NCBI GenBank assembly: GCA_963727445.1
Contig: CAVSGI010000009.1
Location: forward strand, 256,001 to 320,000
Direction: 5' to 3'
Length of the DNA: 64,000 nt
DNA from: an uncultured delta proteobacterium
Lineage (GTDB): Bacteria > Myxococcota_A > Polyangia > Polyangiales > B10-G4
Shown here: positions 47,000 through 56,918 of the stretch, one piece after another
Layout: each line of letters begins with the position of its first letter
Numbering within the stretch: position 1 is the stretch's first letter
Notes under the pieces: model-generated
Told to the model about the DNA's origin: nothing
The model's database searches: none
The model's input: the letters and a program-made list of their open reading frames with translations, nothing else
Position numbers and translations under genes: made by a program

Positions 47000-48052
47000 A
47001 TGAGGAATTCACGACGACGCTGGCCGGCGACCGCGCACCTCGCTGTGCGTGTCGCACTCGCATCGGCGGTGTCGATGCCCGTGACCGCCTGGGCATGTGC
47101 CCTCGTGGCCCTGCCGAACGAAGCCGTGCAGGTCGATGGGGAAGAGGTGCTGATTCTCTGGGACGCCGACAGCGGCAAGGAGCATCTGATTCGGCACATC
47201 GGCTTTCGTGGAGACGCGACGCACTTCGGGTTCCTCGTGCCGACGCCGGGGGAGCCGGAGGTGGCCGAGGTGGAGGGCGACCCCTTCGGCGTGCTCTTCG
47301 ATCTCTACTACCGCCCTCCACCGCCGCCGCCACTGTCGCGGACGCGTTCGCGTCAGAGCTCGATGGAGCTCGCATCGCCGTGGGACTCCAACGTCGAGGT
47401 CGTGGCCGAGCATCACGTGGCGGGGCAGACGGCGACCGTGCTCCGCGCGGCAGACGCGAGCGCCCTCGACGACTGGCTCGCCGAAAACGGCTACCCGTCG
47501 GGGCCAGCGCTCGAAGCGTACGTCCGGCCCTACGTCGCCCGTGGATGGATGATCACCGCCTTCAAGTACGACAAAGAACAGCCCCAGGTCGACAGCCCGA
47601 CCATCAGCCTGAGCTTCGACACCGACACCCCGTTCTTTCCCTACGCTGAACCTATCGGGCACCGCCCGGCGCGCCCCTTCCGCCTCAGCGTCGTCGCGCC
47701 CACACCGATGCGCGCACACCTCTCGCGCGCATCTGCTCGCGGCGCGCGGTGGCGCGCCCGCATCGGCTATCGCAACGAGCTCATCGAGCAGCAACGCGTA
47801 CGCCTCCTCGACGAGGCGGGGGTCACCCTGCCGGAAGGCACACTGCATCTGACCACCTGGGACGAGCCACGGAGCCGCCGCGGTCGGCGTGACCTCTACT
47901 TCGCGGTGCAGCGTAGGGCGCACCCGATCCGCGGCAGGATCCGGACGCGCATCGTTGCGCCGCGGCCGCGGGCACGCGCGCCCGTCGGGGAGCCCTTCCG
48001 GCAACCTTTCCGAGGGGTGCGGTCGCATCGACGCAGCGGGGGAGAGTCGTAG
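47000..48052 (+). CDS. DUF2330-like protein
   Basis: AWAC signal, EEVLILWD...EHLIR, FGFLVPTP, WLAENGY, YVARGWMITAFK. Confidence 0.75.
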   Translation: MRNSRRRWPATAHLAVRVALASAVSMPVTAWACALVALPNEAVQVDGEEVLILWDADSGKEHLIRHIGFRGDATHFGFLVPTPGEPEVAEVEGDPFGVLFDLYYRPPPPPPLSRTRSRQSSMELASPWDSNVEVVAEHHVAGQTATVLRAADASALDDWLAENGYPSGPALEAYVRPYVARGWMITAFKYDKEQPQVDSPTISLSFDTDTPFFPYAEPIGHRPARPFRLSVVAPTPMRAHLSRASARGARWRARIGYRNELIEQQRVRLLDEAGVTLPEGTLHLTTWDEPRSRRGRRDLYFAVQRRAHPIRGRIRTRIVAPRPRARAPVGEPFRQPFRGVRSHRRSGGES

Positions 48053-48151
48053 GCGACGTGGATGGCGCGATCGACCGCCCCCAGCAGCGCAGTGCTAGCG
48101 CGTGCAGCAAGGCGCGGGTGGAACAAGAACATCTTGGCGATCCGAACGGTT

Positions 48152-48172
48152 GGGGGACGAGCTCCGTCCCCC
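48152..48172. terminator. Hairpin between convergent genes
   Basis: gggggacg-agctc-cgtccccc; no clear U tract. Confidence 0.35.
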
Positions 48173-48195
48173 TGTGGCGGCCGAACGAACCAGGC

Positions 48196-49227
48196 TCAGA
48201 GGCCGTCGGGCGTACAGGTGAGCACCATTCGCCCGTCGACCGGGTTCGTGGTCTCCATCGGATAGGTGTTCGGCACGAGGTCGCAGCTGGGGTCGGTGTC
48301 GTCGACCCGACGAAGGCAGAGGCCGTCGCTGGTGCCGGAGCTCGTCGCCGCGCAGAAGGTGCCCGGCCGGCCAGCCCGGTCGGGGCAATATTGGGTGCAC
48401 GGCTCGGTGCAGAAGAAGCTGGGGTGACAGAAGGCGTCGCTCTCGGGCGTTCCGTCGCCGCAGTCCTCGTCGACCGCGCACGAGTCGCCGATGAAGCCGC
48501 GGGGCACGACGCGCGGCGGCCGCGGGCCGATGGAGTCGCCGAAGACGATCTCGGCATCGGGAGCGTAGAGGGCCGCTTCGACACCCACGTCGACCTCGTC
48601 ACCATTCGCGTCGAGCTCCACTTCCTGCTGAATCGACACCGGGGTCGAGGCGAAATCCTTGACCGCGTAGAAGAGCTCGACGATGTCGGGCTTCTCCATG
48701 CGCATGCAGCCGTGAGAGACGTAGCCGCGCCGGAGCGGATGGGTGATCGGGCCGTGAAGGCCGTAGGTGTTGGCACCGGCCGCATTGCGAATGTTCAGAC
48801 GCAGGAAGGGCAGGCCCTCGAAATACGACGGCTCCCAGCGAGCCGGCACGTAGTACCAGCCATCGTTCGTATCCGGACTCGTCAGGTAGTGGCCGGTAGG
48901 CGTGATGCTGTAGCCGCTCGATCCGAGCTTGCCGACGCCGGTGGGATAGACGCGGCTGAAGCCCGTCTGTCGATCGAAGAGGTGGACCGTCTGCTTGCTG
49001 AGCGAGACGATGATCTCGGGCGCGACGAGGCCGGCGGGAGGCGGGATCTCGTAGGGAAGAGGTCGATCCTCTTTGTCCTCGAGGGAGTAGCGTTCCTGGT
49101 CCCCCTGAACACCCTCGTCGTAGCCATCGGGCGGCCCGTCGAGCTGCTCCGCGGCACAGCCCACGAGCGGCGCGAGCAAGAAAAGCGAGTACGAGATACG
49201 CAAAGCACCGAGACGACCACCCATCAT
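48196..49227 (-). CDS. L,D-transpeptidase (YkuD) lipoprotein with Cys-rich C-terminus
   Basis: Lipobox LVGC; IIVSLSKQ, TPTGHY, YGLHG...GYVSHGCMRM. Confidence 0.9.
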   Translation of the reverse strand: MMGGRLGALRISYSLFLLAPLVGCAAEQLDGPPDGYDEGVQGDQERYSLEDKEDRPLPYEIPPPAGLVAPEIIVSLSKQTVHLFDRQTGFSRVYPTGVGKLGSSGYSITPTGHYLTSPDTNDGWYYVPARWEPSYFEGLPFLRLNIRNAAGANTYGLHGPITHPLRRGYVSHGCMRMEKPDIVELFYAVKDFASTPVSIQQEVELDANGDEVDVGVEAALYAPDAEIVFGDSIGPRPPRVVPRGFIGDSCAVDEDCGDGTPESDAFCHPSFFCTEPCTQYCPDRAGRPGTFCAATSSGTSDGLCLRRVDDTDPSCDLVPNTYPMETTNPVDGRMVLTCTPDGL

Positions 49228-49277
49228 GGGTTCCTTTATAGCAAGAGCCCCAATCCAGGCGAATTCGGATGGGGCGC

Positions 49278-50759
49278 CGGGGAGATGATCGTAACCCGGT
49301 TGGCGCCGAGCCAGGGACGCCAGCACCACTGAGGGCCGAAAGTCGCGACAAAACCGCCGGTGGCGGCCGCCGGCGGAGTGGCGGACTTTCGCCACATGAT
49401 CGGCGTAAGTGGTTGAAATGAGGTCGCCGATTTGTGGCGCCGTTCTGGCAGTGGGCGCGGAGCCATGTCCGCCCTCCGCAAGCCAAAAACCGCCTACGAC
49501 CGCCACCTGCGCAGCCGACGACGTCGGCGCAGCCGTCGTAAGCGCGTCCTGAAGGGCAAGATCTGGACGACGGTCCGCCGGACGACGCGACGTTACTTCC
49601 TCTTCCGGCCGGATGAAGAAGGAAAGGTAGCGGAGATCTTCTGGTACTGCCTCGCAGTCGCGGCGAAGAAGCACGGCATCGCCGTGCATGCCGCGGTGCT
49701 GATGTCGACGCACATCCACCTCGTCTACACCGACGTGCGCGGCGTGCAGCCCGACTTCAAGCGTGACTTCCACCGCACCTTCGCCCAGGGCCTGAAGGCG
49801 CTGCTCGGCTGGCCCGAGGAGGTCTTCAACAAGTACTTGGGCGGTGAGCACGAGCCGCTCACGGCCGACGCGGTCGCGGACGACATCGCCTACCTCATCG
49901 CCAATCCGGTCTCGGCCTTCGCCGTCCGCTACGCGAAGGACTGGCCCGGGGCCCAGACGCTGCCGAGGGACATCGGCCGGCGCGTCATCGAGGTGGCGCG
50001 GCCTGACGGCTACTTCGACGCCAACAATCCCGACTGGCCCGCGAAGGCGACGCTTCGCCTCGAGATGCCGGAGTGCCTCGTGACCATGTACGGAGAGGAC
50101 GGAGCGCGCGCGAACCTCGCGCGTCGCGTGCGCGACTACGAGCGCGCGGCGTTCGCCGAGGCGAAGCAAGAGGGGATCGCCTTCAAGGGGGTGCGTCGGT
50201 GCATGCGGGTGGCGCGCACGGCACGTGCGCGGAGCTGGGAGCTCTTCGGCAAGCTCAATCCTCGCTTCAAGGCCAGCGGTGACCTGGGCGCGGCGCGCGC
50301 CGCCATCGAAGAAAACGCGCAGTTCGACGAGGACTACGAAGCAGCGCTCGCGCGCTGGACCGCGGGCGACCGGCGGGTCGTCTTCCCTCACGGCACGTGG
50401 TGGATGCGCGTCCATCACGGGGTGCGGGTCGCACCCGCCCCGCGACGTCGCCTCTCTTCGTAGCGCCCTTCACGGCGCCCGGTCGGGCTCCCTGCGTGTC
50501 TGCGCCGAGCGCGGACACGCAGCGGCGCGTCCGTCGGTCGCGTCCGACGCGACGCATGACGGTGACGGCGGTCGATTCCGCTCGAGGCGTGCGGTGATCC
50601 GCGACGCGCGGCGTCATTCCGGCCTCAGATCCGACGCGCCATCGCTCCTTGCGCCGCTCCGCCCACCATCTGGGCTCATCACTCCTCCGCCAACCTGGTC
50701 ACGATCTCCCCCCGCCTCCGCCAACCTGGTCACGATCTCCCCTCCGCCCGCACGATCTC
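49278..50759 (+). mobile_element. TIR-bounded HUH/Y1 transposase element, copy 2 (core 49279-50713)
   Basis: Left TIR variant with a GAT duplication; right TIR at 50688-50713 and 50719-50742, partial at 50751-50759. Confidence 0.9.
49465..50463 (+). CDS. Y1 HUH tyrosine transposase, identical protein to 36043-37041
   Basis: Identical translation in the ORF track. Confidence 0.9.
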   Translation: MSALRKPKTAYDRHLRSRRRRRSRRKRVLKGKIWTTVRRTTRRYFLFRPDEEGKVAEIFWYCLAVAAKKHGIAVHAAVLMSTHIHLVYTDVRGVQPDFKRDFHRTFAQGLKALLGWPEEVFNKYLGGEHEPLTADAVADDIAYLIANPVSAFAVRYAKDWPGAQTLPRDIGRRVIEVARPDGYFDANNPDWPAKATLRLEMPECLVTMYGEDGARANLARRVRDYERAAFAEAKQEGIAFKGVRRCMRVARTARARSWELFGKLNPRFKASGDLGAARAAIEENAQFDEDYEAALARWTAGDRRVVFPHGTWWMRVHHGVRVAPAPRRRLSS

Positions 50760-50766
50760 GCGCCGT

Positions 50767-51225
50767 CTACTCAACGTCCCAAGACGTCCGACGGCTCGGG
50801 TCGATCGACTCCCAATCTTCGCGCGCCTGCTTCCGATCCTCTTCCTTGCGTAGCAGGGTGCGGCCCAGCGCTTGGATCAGCGGCCGGACCTCGGCCCACA
50901 TCGGATCGTCCCAGCTGATGAGCACGCCTGGATCGCGGCGCTTCGGCCGGAGCGAGAGCATCGCGCGAAAATCGTCGCCGCGAATATAGGACGCCGAGAC
51001 CGAGACCAGTTGCGAGCTGGCATCCGGCGACCAGTAGAGCGCCGCCATCCACATGTCGTCGAAGGACTTCAGCTCGGCGACCGCCGGGTGGGGCAGACCG
51101 TACTTGGAGAGCTGCGCGCAGACCTCCTCATACCAGGCATGCACGCGCTCCCGTATCCGGTCCGGCGCCCCTTCCGCGACCACCAGCGCTGTCTCCACTG
51201 CGCTCACCTCGATAGAGGATGCCAC
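50767..51225 (-). CDS. Hypothetical protein
   Basis: Protein-like composition; RBS-like gaggcgg. Confidence 0.55.
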   Translation of the reverse strand: MASSIEVSAVETALVVAEGAPDRIRERVHAWYEEVCAQLSKYGLPHPAVAELKSFDDMWMAALYWSPDASSQLVSVSASYIRGDDFRAMLSLRPKRRDPGVLISWDDPMWAEVRPLIQALGRTLLRKEEDRKQAREDWESIDPSRRTSWDVE

Positions 51226-51343
51226 GACCCACCGCCTCGGTGGTCGGTCTTGGATTCAATGATTTCGAGTATTTGTATGGAACTGTCCACGAGTGGGGGC
51301 ACATCCCGGGCGCTTCGGCTGCGTATTCGTTAGGCTACATGAG

Positions 51344-52015
51344 ATGAGCGCGGAGCCGAAACGTACGGGGGTCCACTGGGGCTTGCCCATTCCGGTGCGC
51401 GTGCTCGCCGTCGGCGATCGTGATCTCCTCGATGTTCTCGAGAGGAAATTCACGCCCATCTGTCGCTTCGACAAGGCGCACTCCATTCGTCAGGCGAACA
51501 TGCGGATGGGCTTGGCGAGCACGCCCTTCGACGCCTTCGTGATTCAGCTCGAATTGCCGGATGGGGACGGCCTCGATTGGTATCGCAGCCTTCGTGACGG
51601 GGGCGAGGTGGCTCGCTCGATGATCGTGTCGGAGCCTTTTGTGGTCGACGTGGAGGCGCGCGCCGCAGCTGCGGGGGCGTGCTTCCTCGAGAGGAGACCT
51701 GGATCGGATTGGGAAGGCGGCCTGCTTCGGTGCTTCCTCGAGCGCGTCGCGACCGAGCACATCCTCCGCCAGCTCATCCGACGCTACGCCTCCGAACGCA
51801 ACTTGTCGGACCGAGAGTCGGAGTTCCTGGAAGCGGCCTTGTGGATGAAGTGCGAGGACATCTCCCAGTTGCCAGGCGAAGACGGCGACGCGGTTAAGTC
51901 GAGGATCGAAGCCATCACCGACAAGACCGGTCTTCCGAGTGTGGAGTCGGCAATCGTGGCTGCGCTTGTGCGGGGGATCCTCGAGTCTCTCTCCGGCTCC
52001 GGCTTCGACCGCTGA
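51344..52015 (+). CDS. Degenerate response regulator with LuxR-like HTH
   Basis: LELPDGDGLD receiver remnant; LSDRESEFL...VKSRI..I..KTG. Confidence 0.55.
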   Translation: MSAEPKRTGVHWGLPIPVRVLAVGDRDLLDVLERKFTPICRFDKAHSIRQANMRMGLASTPFDAFVIQLELPDGDGLDWYRSLRDGGEVARSMIVSEPFVVDVEARAAAAGACFLERRPGSDWEGGLLRCFLERVATEHILRQLIRRYASERNLSDRESEFLEAALWMKCEDISQLPGEDGDAVKSRIEAITDKTGLPSVESAIVAALVRGILESLSGSGFDR

Positions 52016-52262
52016 TCACCGCCGAGGCCGCGACCACGGCTGCGCCGAAGAGCGCAGCGCCGGCCAGCGGCGTGCCGAGGACGCGAAGGCCCACGAAGAG
52101 GAGCGCCAGGGCGGTGCCGGGTGGGCGCGCGCCGGTCCCCGCGCCGAGGAGCACCCCCGCCATCCCCTCGTCCACCATCCACCCGGCCAGGTGGTCGTGC
52201 AGGAAGACTCCGGCCCCGACGATGGCGCAGACGAGGGCAGGCGCGAGCAAGCGGCGTCTCAT
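51915..52262 (-). CDS. Small membrane protein
   Basis: ATG coupled to the upstream stop, hydrophobic segments; 3' end overlaps the convergent gene. Confidence 0.5.
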   Translation of the reverse strand: MRRRLLAPALVCAIVGAGVFLHDHLAGWMVDEGMAGVLLGAGTGARPPGTALALLFVGLRVLGTPLAGAALFGAAVVAASAVISGRSRSRRETRGSPAQAQPRLPTPHSEDRSCR

Positions 52263-53389
52263 CGCTCACCTCCTTTCGGTGTGGTGATCATGGCGAAGAG
52301 AATCGCGTCGCCGATCGGTCCACCCATCGCGAAGGTCCGCACCCCGCGATGGTCGATGGGCGCCCCGGCGAGCGCGGCGGTGGCGTAGAGCGCGGCGAAG
52401 GTCTCCTCGTCCGCGTTGGCGCGCGCGGCGCCCAGCGCGAAGCCGGTGGCGGAAGGGCTGAGCCCGAAGAACACGGGGCCCGAATCGACGTCGGATTCGA
52501 AGCTCCCGCCGTGCATCTGCTCCCGCATCGCGGCGAAACCGAAGCCCCGGCGCAAGAGGTGGGTGTGCATCGCATCGTAGAGCTCTCTCGAGAGCTGCGG
52601 GTCGGCGTAGCTCAGGAAGAAGGACGCGAACGCCGTACCGGAGCCGCGCGCTCTATCGACGGCTGCGCCGCGTCGGTTGACGGCTTGATAGAGAAGGCCG
52701 GTTTCGGGATCGCGGTAGTGCTCGCGCAGGAGCGCGGCATAGCGGGACACGATGTCGCCGTGGTCTTCTCCCGTCGCCCGATCGTGTACGCCGAGCGCCG
52801 CGATCGCTGCGGCGTTGTCGACCGGGTAGGTCTCTGCCGGGTAGGTCTCGAGCAGCCCGCTCTCGCTCTGGCGCATGAGGCGCGACAGGTGGGCGACGAT
52901 CCGGCCCTCGAGGTCCGCGTGCGGGGAGTCGGGGTCGAGCTCGACCAGGAGCGCCAGGGCCAAGCCGTAGTAGCCGAGAAACGCCACGTGGGCCCGGCGC
53001 GTACCGATGTCGGCGAGTGGATATCGGCCCCACGCCGCCCGATCGAAGGCGCGCACCTCGCGCCGCTTCACGGCAGAGAGCGCCGACTCCATCCGGCGCA
53101 CGGCGACCTCGCGATATTCCGGATGGGCCCGCGCGACGTTGGCGTGACCGATGGCGCTCATCACATAGGTGCCGAAGAGCCACTCTCCGTCGAATCGCTG
53201 GACGCCCGTCGAGAAATCGCCCTCGCCAAGCGGCTCCTCGGTCCAGCGGGCCACGCCGTCCGCGTGTGCGCGCGCGAGCGAGAGATCGTCGTCGTAGAGC
53301 GGCCCCGCATCTCTTCGAAAGACCAGACCGGGTGCCAGCAGGCCACCCACGAGGAGGGCGGCGGCGAAGGTCGCATGGGTTGTCGTCAC
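52259..53389 (-). CDS. Linalool dehydratase/isomerase-like (alpha/alpha)6 protein
   Basis: LLETYPAETYPVDN, RGSG, DVDSGP, SATGF, IGDAILFAM; family call from recall. Confidence 0.6.
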   Translation of the reverse strand: MTTTHATFAAALLVGGLLAPGLVFRRDAGPLYDDDLSLARAHADGVARWTEEPLGEGDFSTGVQRFDGEWLFGTYVMSAIGHANVARAHPEYREVAVRRMESALSAVKRREVRAFDRAAWGRYPLADIGTRRAHVAFLGYYGLALALLVELDPDSPHADLEGRIVAHLSRLMRQSESGLLETYPAETYPVDNAAAIAALGVHDRATGEDHGDIVSRYAALLREHYRDPETGLLYQAVNRRGAAVDRARGSGTAFASFFLSYADPQLSRELYDAMHTHLLRRGFGFAAMREQMHGGSFESDVDSGPVFFGLSPSATGFALGAARANADEETFAALYATAALAGAPIDHRGVRTFAMGGPIGDAILFAMITTPKGGER

Positions 53390-53470
53390 CCGCTCACGAT
53401 GAGGCGCGCCTGCCGTCGCGCGAGCGGGTGGCGGGTCGAGCGGTCGCCAAGCGGCGTCGAGCGGTCGGCG

Positions 53471-54970
53471 TCAGCCGGGGATGGTGTCCGGATCGCTGTC
53501 GACCACTTCCTGGTCCGCCTCGAGCTCTTCTTCCTCGCGCCGCCGGATCCACATCGTTCCGAAGACGCCGAGGAGGATCAGCACCGCCAGCGCGAGCACC
53601 ATTCGCTTCAGAGGCCAGCCTTCTTCCGCGGGTCCGTCGCCGTTCGCAGCCACGATGAAAGCGAGGGCCCCCGCGTGTTCCGGATCGTGGAGGAGCACCT
53701 GCTGGTAGGCGCCGAGATCCGCGACGCCGCTGGCGAGCCGCGACTCCGCCTCGATGAACTGCAGCTCGGCGCGCCAGCTCTCCGCGCTCGCGTGCGTCGG
53801 CGACAGACGCACCGCGCGGCGATAGAAGCGCCGAGCCTCGGCCACGTCGCCCGCCGTCAGTGCGCGCGCGCCGAGCGCCGCGTATCCGGGCGCCAGCTGC
53901 GCTCGCTGGGGCAGGTCGGGCGCGGCGATCAGCACCGCGTCGAACTTCGTGCGCATGGTGTCGAGATCGCCGTCGGCGAGCGCCGCGAGGCCAGCGTCGA
54001 GCTCGCGCCGCACCGGCGCGAGGCGCTGCGCGTCGTGCGCGGCGTACAGCATCGAGGCCGTCGCCTCCCAACCGAGGCTCTGATCGGCGTGCTCGCCCGT
54101 CAGGTTCCGGTAGACGCGGCGCAGCTGCCAGATCGCGTTTCGTCCGTAGCGCTCCGTCGCCCAGCGCGCGGCGTTGCGCACCTGGGCGCGCTCGTGCACC
54201 ACGCACCCCACGACCGCGCGCATCGCGTCCATATCGCGCTTGGTTCCGTACGCGCGGATGATCTCGGCGAGCAGCCGCATGTCGTGGGTCTGGATGGCAC
54301 GTCCGGGCTCGGGGCTACCGAGCTCGCGGATCCCCCAGCGGGCGAAGCGTCGAACGCCCGGATCGCCGTGATCGTCGAGGATCAGGAGCATGGGCAGGGC
54401 CCTCTCGCCGAGCCGCCACACCATGCGCCGGAACTCCCAGCGCCACGCCTGCGGATCGGTCGCGATGATCTCGCCGAGCACCGGCGCCGCCTCGATGGTC
54501 GCCATGTCCACCAGCGAACGCGCGAGAAGACGTCGCTCCACCAGCGCCACGGTCATCGCCTCGCGATCCTCGCCGAGCACGGTCGGCAGGCCCGGGATGA
54601 CGTCGACGTCTTCGTCGGCGCGCAGGCTCCCCACCGCGTGGCGAAAGCGGTTGATCGTGCGATACGCCTCCTCCGTGTCGAAGCGCGGCCGGGCGAGAGT
54701 CTCGACGCGCCGGCGGATCGCGGGCAGCGCCTCCTCTTCGAGCGTGGAGAGCGCGTCGCACGCAGCCTGCCGCGCGGCCGGATCGTCGCTCGCCAGATCC
54801 GCGGCCCACCCCTCGAGCTCCTCGAGGGTCGTGCCGTATTCGTCCGCCTCCGCCGCGGTCTGTTGTGCCCGCGCCGTGCCCGTGCCCATCGCGAGCGACA
54901 GGACGAGCGCGACCCCGATCGTCAGGTGACGATGCGGAACGCTGCGAACTCTCCCGTATAGCTGCGCCAT
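53471..54970 (-). CDS. HEAT/TPR-repeat exported membrane-anchored protein
   Basis: Signal ...ARAQ; HEAT-like DDPAARQAA, DPGVRRFA; TPR-like YRRAVRLSP; C-terminal TM; start uncertain. Confidence 0.7.
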   Translation of the reverse strand: MAQLYGRVRSVPHRHLTIGVALVLSLAMGTGTARAQQTAAEADEYGTTLEELEGWAADLASDDPAARQAACDALSTLEEEALPAIRRRVETLARPRFDTEEAYRTINRFRHAVGSLRADEDVDVIPGLPTVLGEDREAMTVALVERRLLARSLVDMATIEAAPVLGEIIATDPQAWRWEFRRMVWRLGERALPMLLILDDHGDPGVRRFARWGIRELGSPEPGRAIQTHDMRLLAEIIRAYGTKRDMDAMRAVVGCVVHERAQVRNAARWATERYGRNAIWQLRRVYRNLTGEHADQSLGWEATASMLYAAHDAQRLAPVRRELDAGLAALADGDLDTMRTKFDAVLIAAPDLPQRAQLAPGYAALGARALTAGDVAEARRFYRRAVRLSPTHASAESWRAELQFIEAESRLASGVADLGAYQQVLLHDPEHAGALAFIVAANGDGPAEEGWPLKRMVLALAVLILLGVFGTMWIRRREEEELEADQEVVDSDPDTIPG

Positions 54971-55200
54971 TTGGTCTCGACCTTGTCCACGCGGGCGGTC
55001 GTCGGCCCTTGCTGGGCCCAGTTGAGGAAGTCCTTCACGTCGTCCTCCTCACCTTCGACGACCATCTCCACCGAGCCGTCCGGGCGGTTCTTCACCCAGC
55101 CGGTGAGGCCGTGCTCTCGCGCTTCCCGTTGAGCCGTGGCGCGGTAGTACACTCCCTGTACCCGTCCCCGGACGACCAACTGGATTCGCTTCTGGCCCAT
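54922..55200 (-). CDS. acyP: Acylphosphatase
   Basis: GRVQGVYYR, GWVKNRPDGSVE. Confidence 0.95.
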   Translation of the reverse strand: MGQKRIQLVVRGRVQGVYYRATAQREAREHGLTGWVKNRPDGSVEMVVEGEEDDVKDFLNWAQQGPTTARVDKVETKWRSYTGEFAAFRIVT

Positions 55201-55421
55201 GCCTCTTCTCCCTCGTTAGCCGAGACCCGGCGGATGGCCAAAAAACCGGCAAACCCCGGGCACTTGCCTCGATCGGCCGGAGGATAGCGCACCTTGGCGG
55301 GGGCGGGCACCAGGAGCCCTTGCGGGGGAGGGTCCGATCCGCTAGATAGCCCGACCCCCTCTCAATGGTCTGGGCGCCTTTCGCCCCCAGGATCCCAGGA
55401 CGGAGGGACCGAGGTATCCCG

Positions 55422-55706
55422 ATGAAGCCCGAAATTCACCCCGAGTACAACGCCGCCACCATCACCTGTGCCTGCGGCGCCAGCTACGAGACCCGCTCGA
55501 CGGCAGGCTCCTTCAACGTCGACATCTGCGCGGCGTGCCATCCCTTCTACACCGGCCGCCAGAAGATCATGGACACCGCTGGCCGCGTCGAGCGCTTCAA
55601 GAAGAAGTACGCCAAGGCGAACAAGGCGAAGGAAGAGAAGGCCGCCAAGGCTGCTGCCGCCGAAGCCGCCGCTGCCGAAGCCGCCGCCGAGAAGACGGAC
55701 GCCTGA
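55422..55706 (+). CDS. rpmE: 50S ribosomal protein L31 (Zn-binding type) with Ala/Lys/Glu tail
   Basis: [29 protein letters not shown]. Confidence 0.97.
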   Translation: MKPEIHPEYNAATITCACGASYETRSTAGSFNVDICAACHPFYTGRQKIMDTAGRVERFKKKYAKANKAKEEKAAKAAAAEAAAAEAAAEKTDA

Positions 55707-55823
55707 GGCTCACGGGGGATGCTGCGAAATGACGCAGCGAGTACGTGCAGGCGTCCTCCGCTATCCCCAAATGCATCGGGCCAGAGCCGTCGGCTCTGAT
55801 CCTCTACCCTGACGTGGCGCCGC

Positions 55824-56918
55824 GTGCTTCCGTTCGACAAGCTGGACGAGCTGGCCGCCCGCCATCGCGAGGTGGAGGAGCGGCTCTGCCGTCCGGACGT
55901 CGCCGCCGACGCCAAGAAGTACACGGCGCTGATGAAGGAGCGCGCGGAGCTCGGCGATCTGGTCGAGGCTTACGCGCGCTACCGCGACGTCGACAAGCGC
56001 CTGGCCGAGGATCGGGAGGCGCTCTCCGATCCGGAGCTCAAGGAGATGGTGCAGGAGGAGATCCCCGAGCTCGAAAAGGAGCTCGGGGAGATCGAGAAGC
56101 GCCTTCAGTTGCTCCTTCTGCCGAAGGACCCGGCCGACGAGCGCAACACGCTGCTCGAGATCCGCGCCGGTGCGGGTGGTGAAGAGGCTGCCCTTTTCGC
56201 AGCGGATCTGCTGCGGATGTACATGCGCTTCGCCGAATCGCAGGGCTGGAAGGTCGAGATCCTGTCGACCAGCGAAGCGTCGGCCGGGGGGCTCAAGGAA
56301 GTGGTGGCGCTCATCGAGGGCGACCGCGTCTTCTCCCGCCTTCGCTTCGAGGGCGGCGTGCACCGCGTACAGCGCGTGCCGGTGACCGAGTCCCAGGGAC
56401 GCATCCACACTTCGACCGCGACGGTGGCGGTGCTCCCCGAGGCCGAGGACGTCGACGTCACCATCGACGACAAGGACCTGCGGGTCGACACCTACCGCGC
56501 CTCCGGCGCCGGCGGCCAGCACGTCAACCGGACCGACTCGGCGGTGCGCCTCACCCACCTGCCGACGGGGCTCGTCGTCCAGTGCCAGGACGAGCGCTCT
56601 CAGATCAAGAACCGCAGCAAGGCGATGAAGATCCTCATGGCCCGCCTCCTCGACAAGGAGCGCGAGGCGCAGGCCCAGGCCGAATCCGCCGAGCGGCGCA
56701 ACATGGTGGGCACGGGCGATCGCTCCGAGAAGATCCGCACCTACAACTACCCGCAGAACCGCGTCACCGATCACCGCATCAACCTGACGGTGCACAAGCT
56801 CGACTCGGTCATCGAAGGCGAGCTCGGCGAGATCATCGACGCCCTCCGCGGCCACCACCAGGCCGAGCTCCTGCGCCACCTCGGGATGGATCCCGACGAG
56901 CGCCCCGACCCCAACTAA
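55824..56918 (+). CDS. prfA: Peptide chain release factor 1
   Basis: GVHRVQRVPVTE (PxT), GAGGQHVN, DRSEKIRTYNYPQNR. Confidence 0.97.
   Translation: MLPFDKLDELAARHREVEERLCRPDVAADAKKYTALMKERAELGDLVEAYARYRDVDKRLAEDREALSDPELKEMVQEEIPELEKELGEIEKRLQLLLLPKDPADERNTLLEIRAGAGGEEAALFAADLLRMYMRFAESQGWKVEILSTSEASAGGLKEVVALIEGDRVFSRLRFEGGVHRVQRVPVTESQGRIHTSTATVAVLPEAEDVDVTIDDKDLRVDTYRASGAGGQHVNRTDSAVRLTHLPTGLVVQCQDERSQIKNRSKAMKILMARLLDKEREAQAQAESAERRNMVGTGDRSEKIRTYNYPQNRVTDHRINLTVHKLDSVIEGELGEIIDALRGHHQAELLRHLGMDPDERPDPN

Noticed and set aside
48196..50418. 740 aa ORF (and the 602 aa ORF at 35188-36996)
   Set aside because: Antisense shadow of the transposase running into the flank; the L,D-transpeptidase starts near 49227 with its own lipoprotein signal
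52121..54961. Long Arg/Gly/Pro-rich ORFs (this one, 12595-14898, 57798-59558 and many others)
   Set aside because: Antisense or off-frame shadows of real genes, expected at this GC content
55707..55823. Hairpins between rpmE and prfA as a novel RNA
   Set aside because: Short 6-7 bp stems, compatible with an ordinary terminator or processing site or with chance
56084..56094. CGGGGAGATCG match to the element end
   Set aside because: Inside prfA codons, and the rest of the motif is absent; chance match
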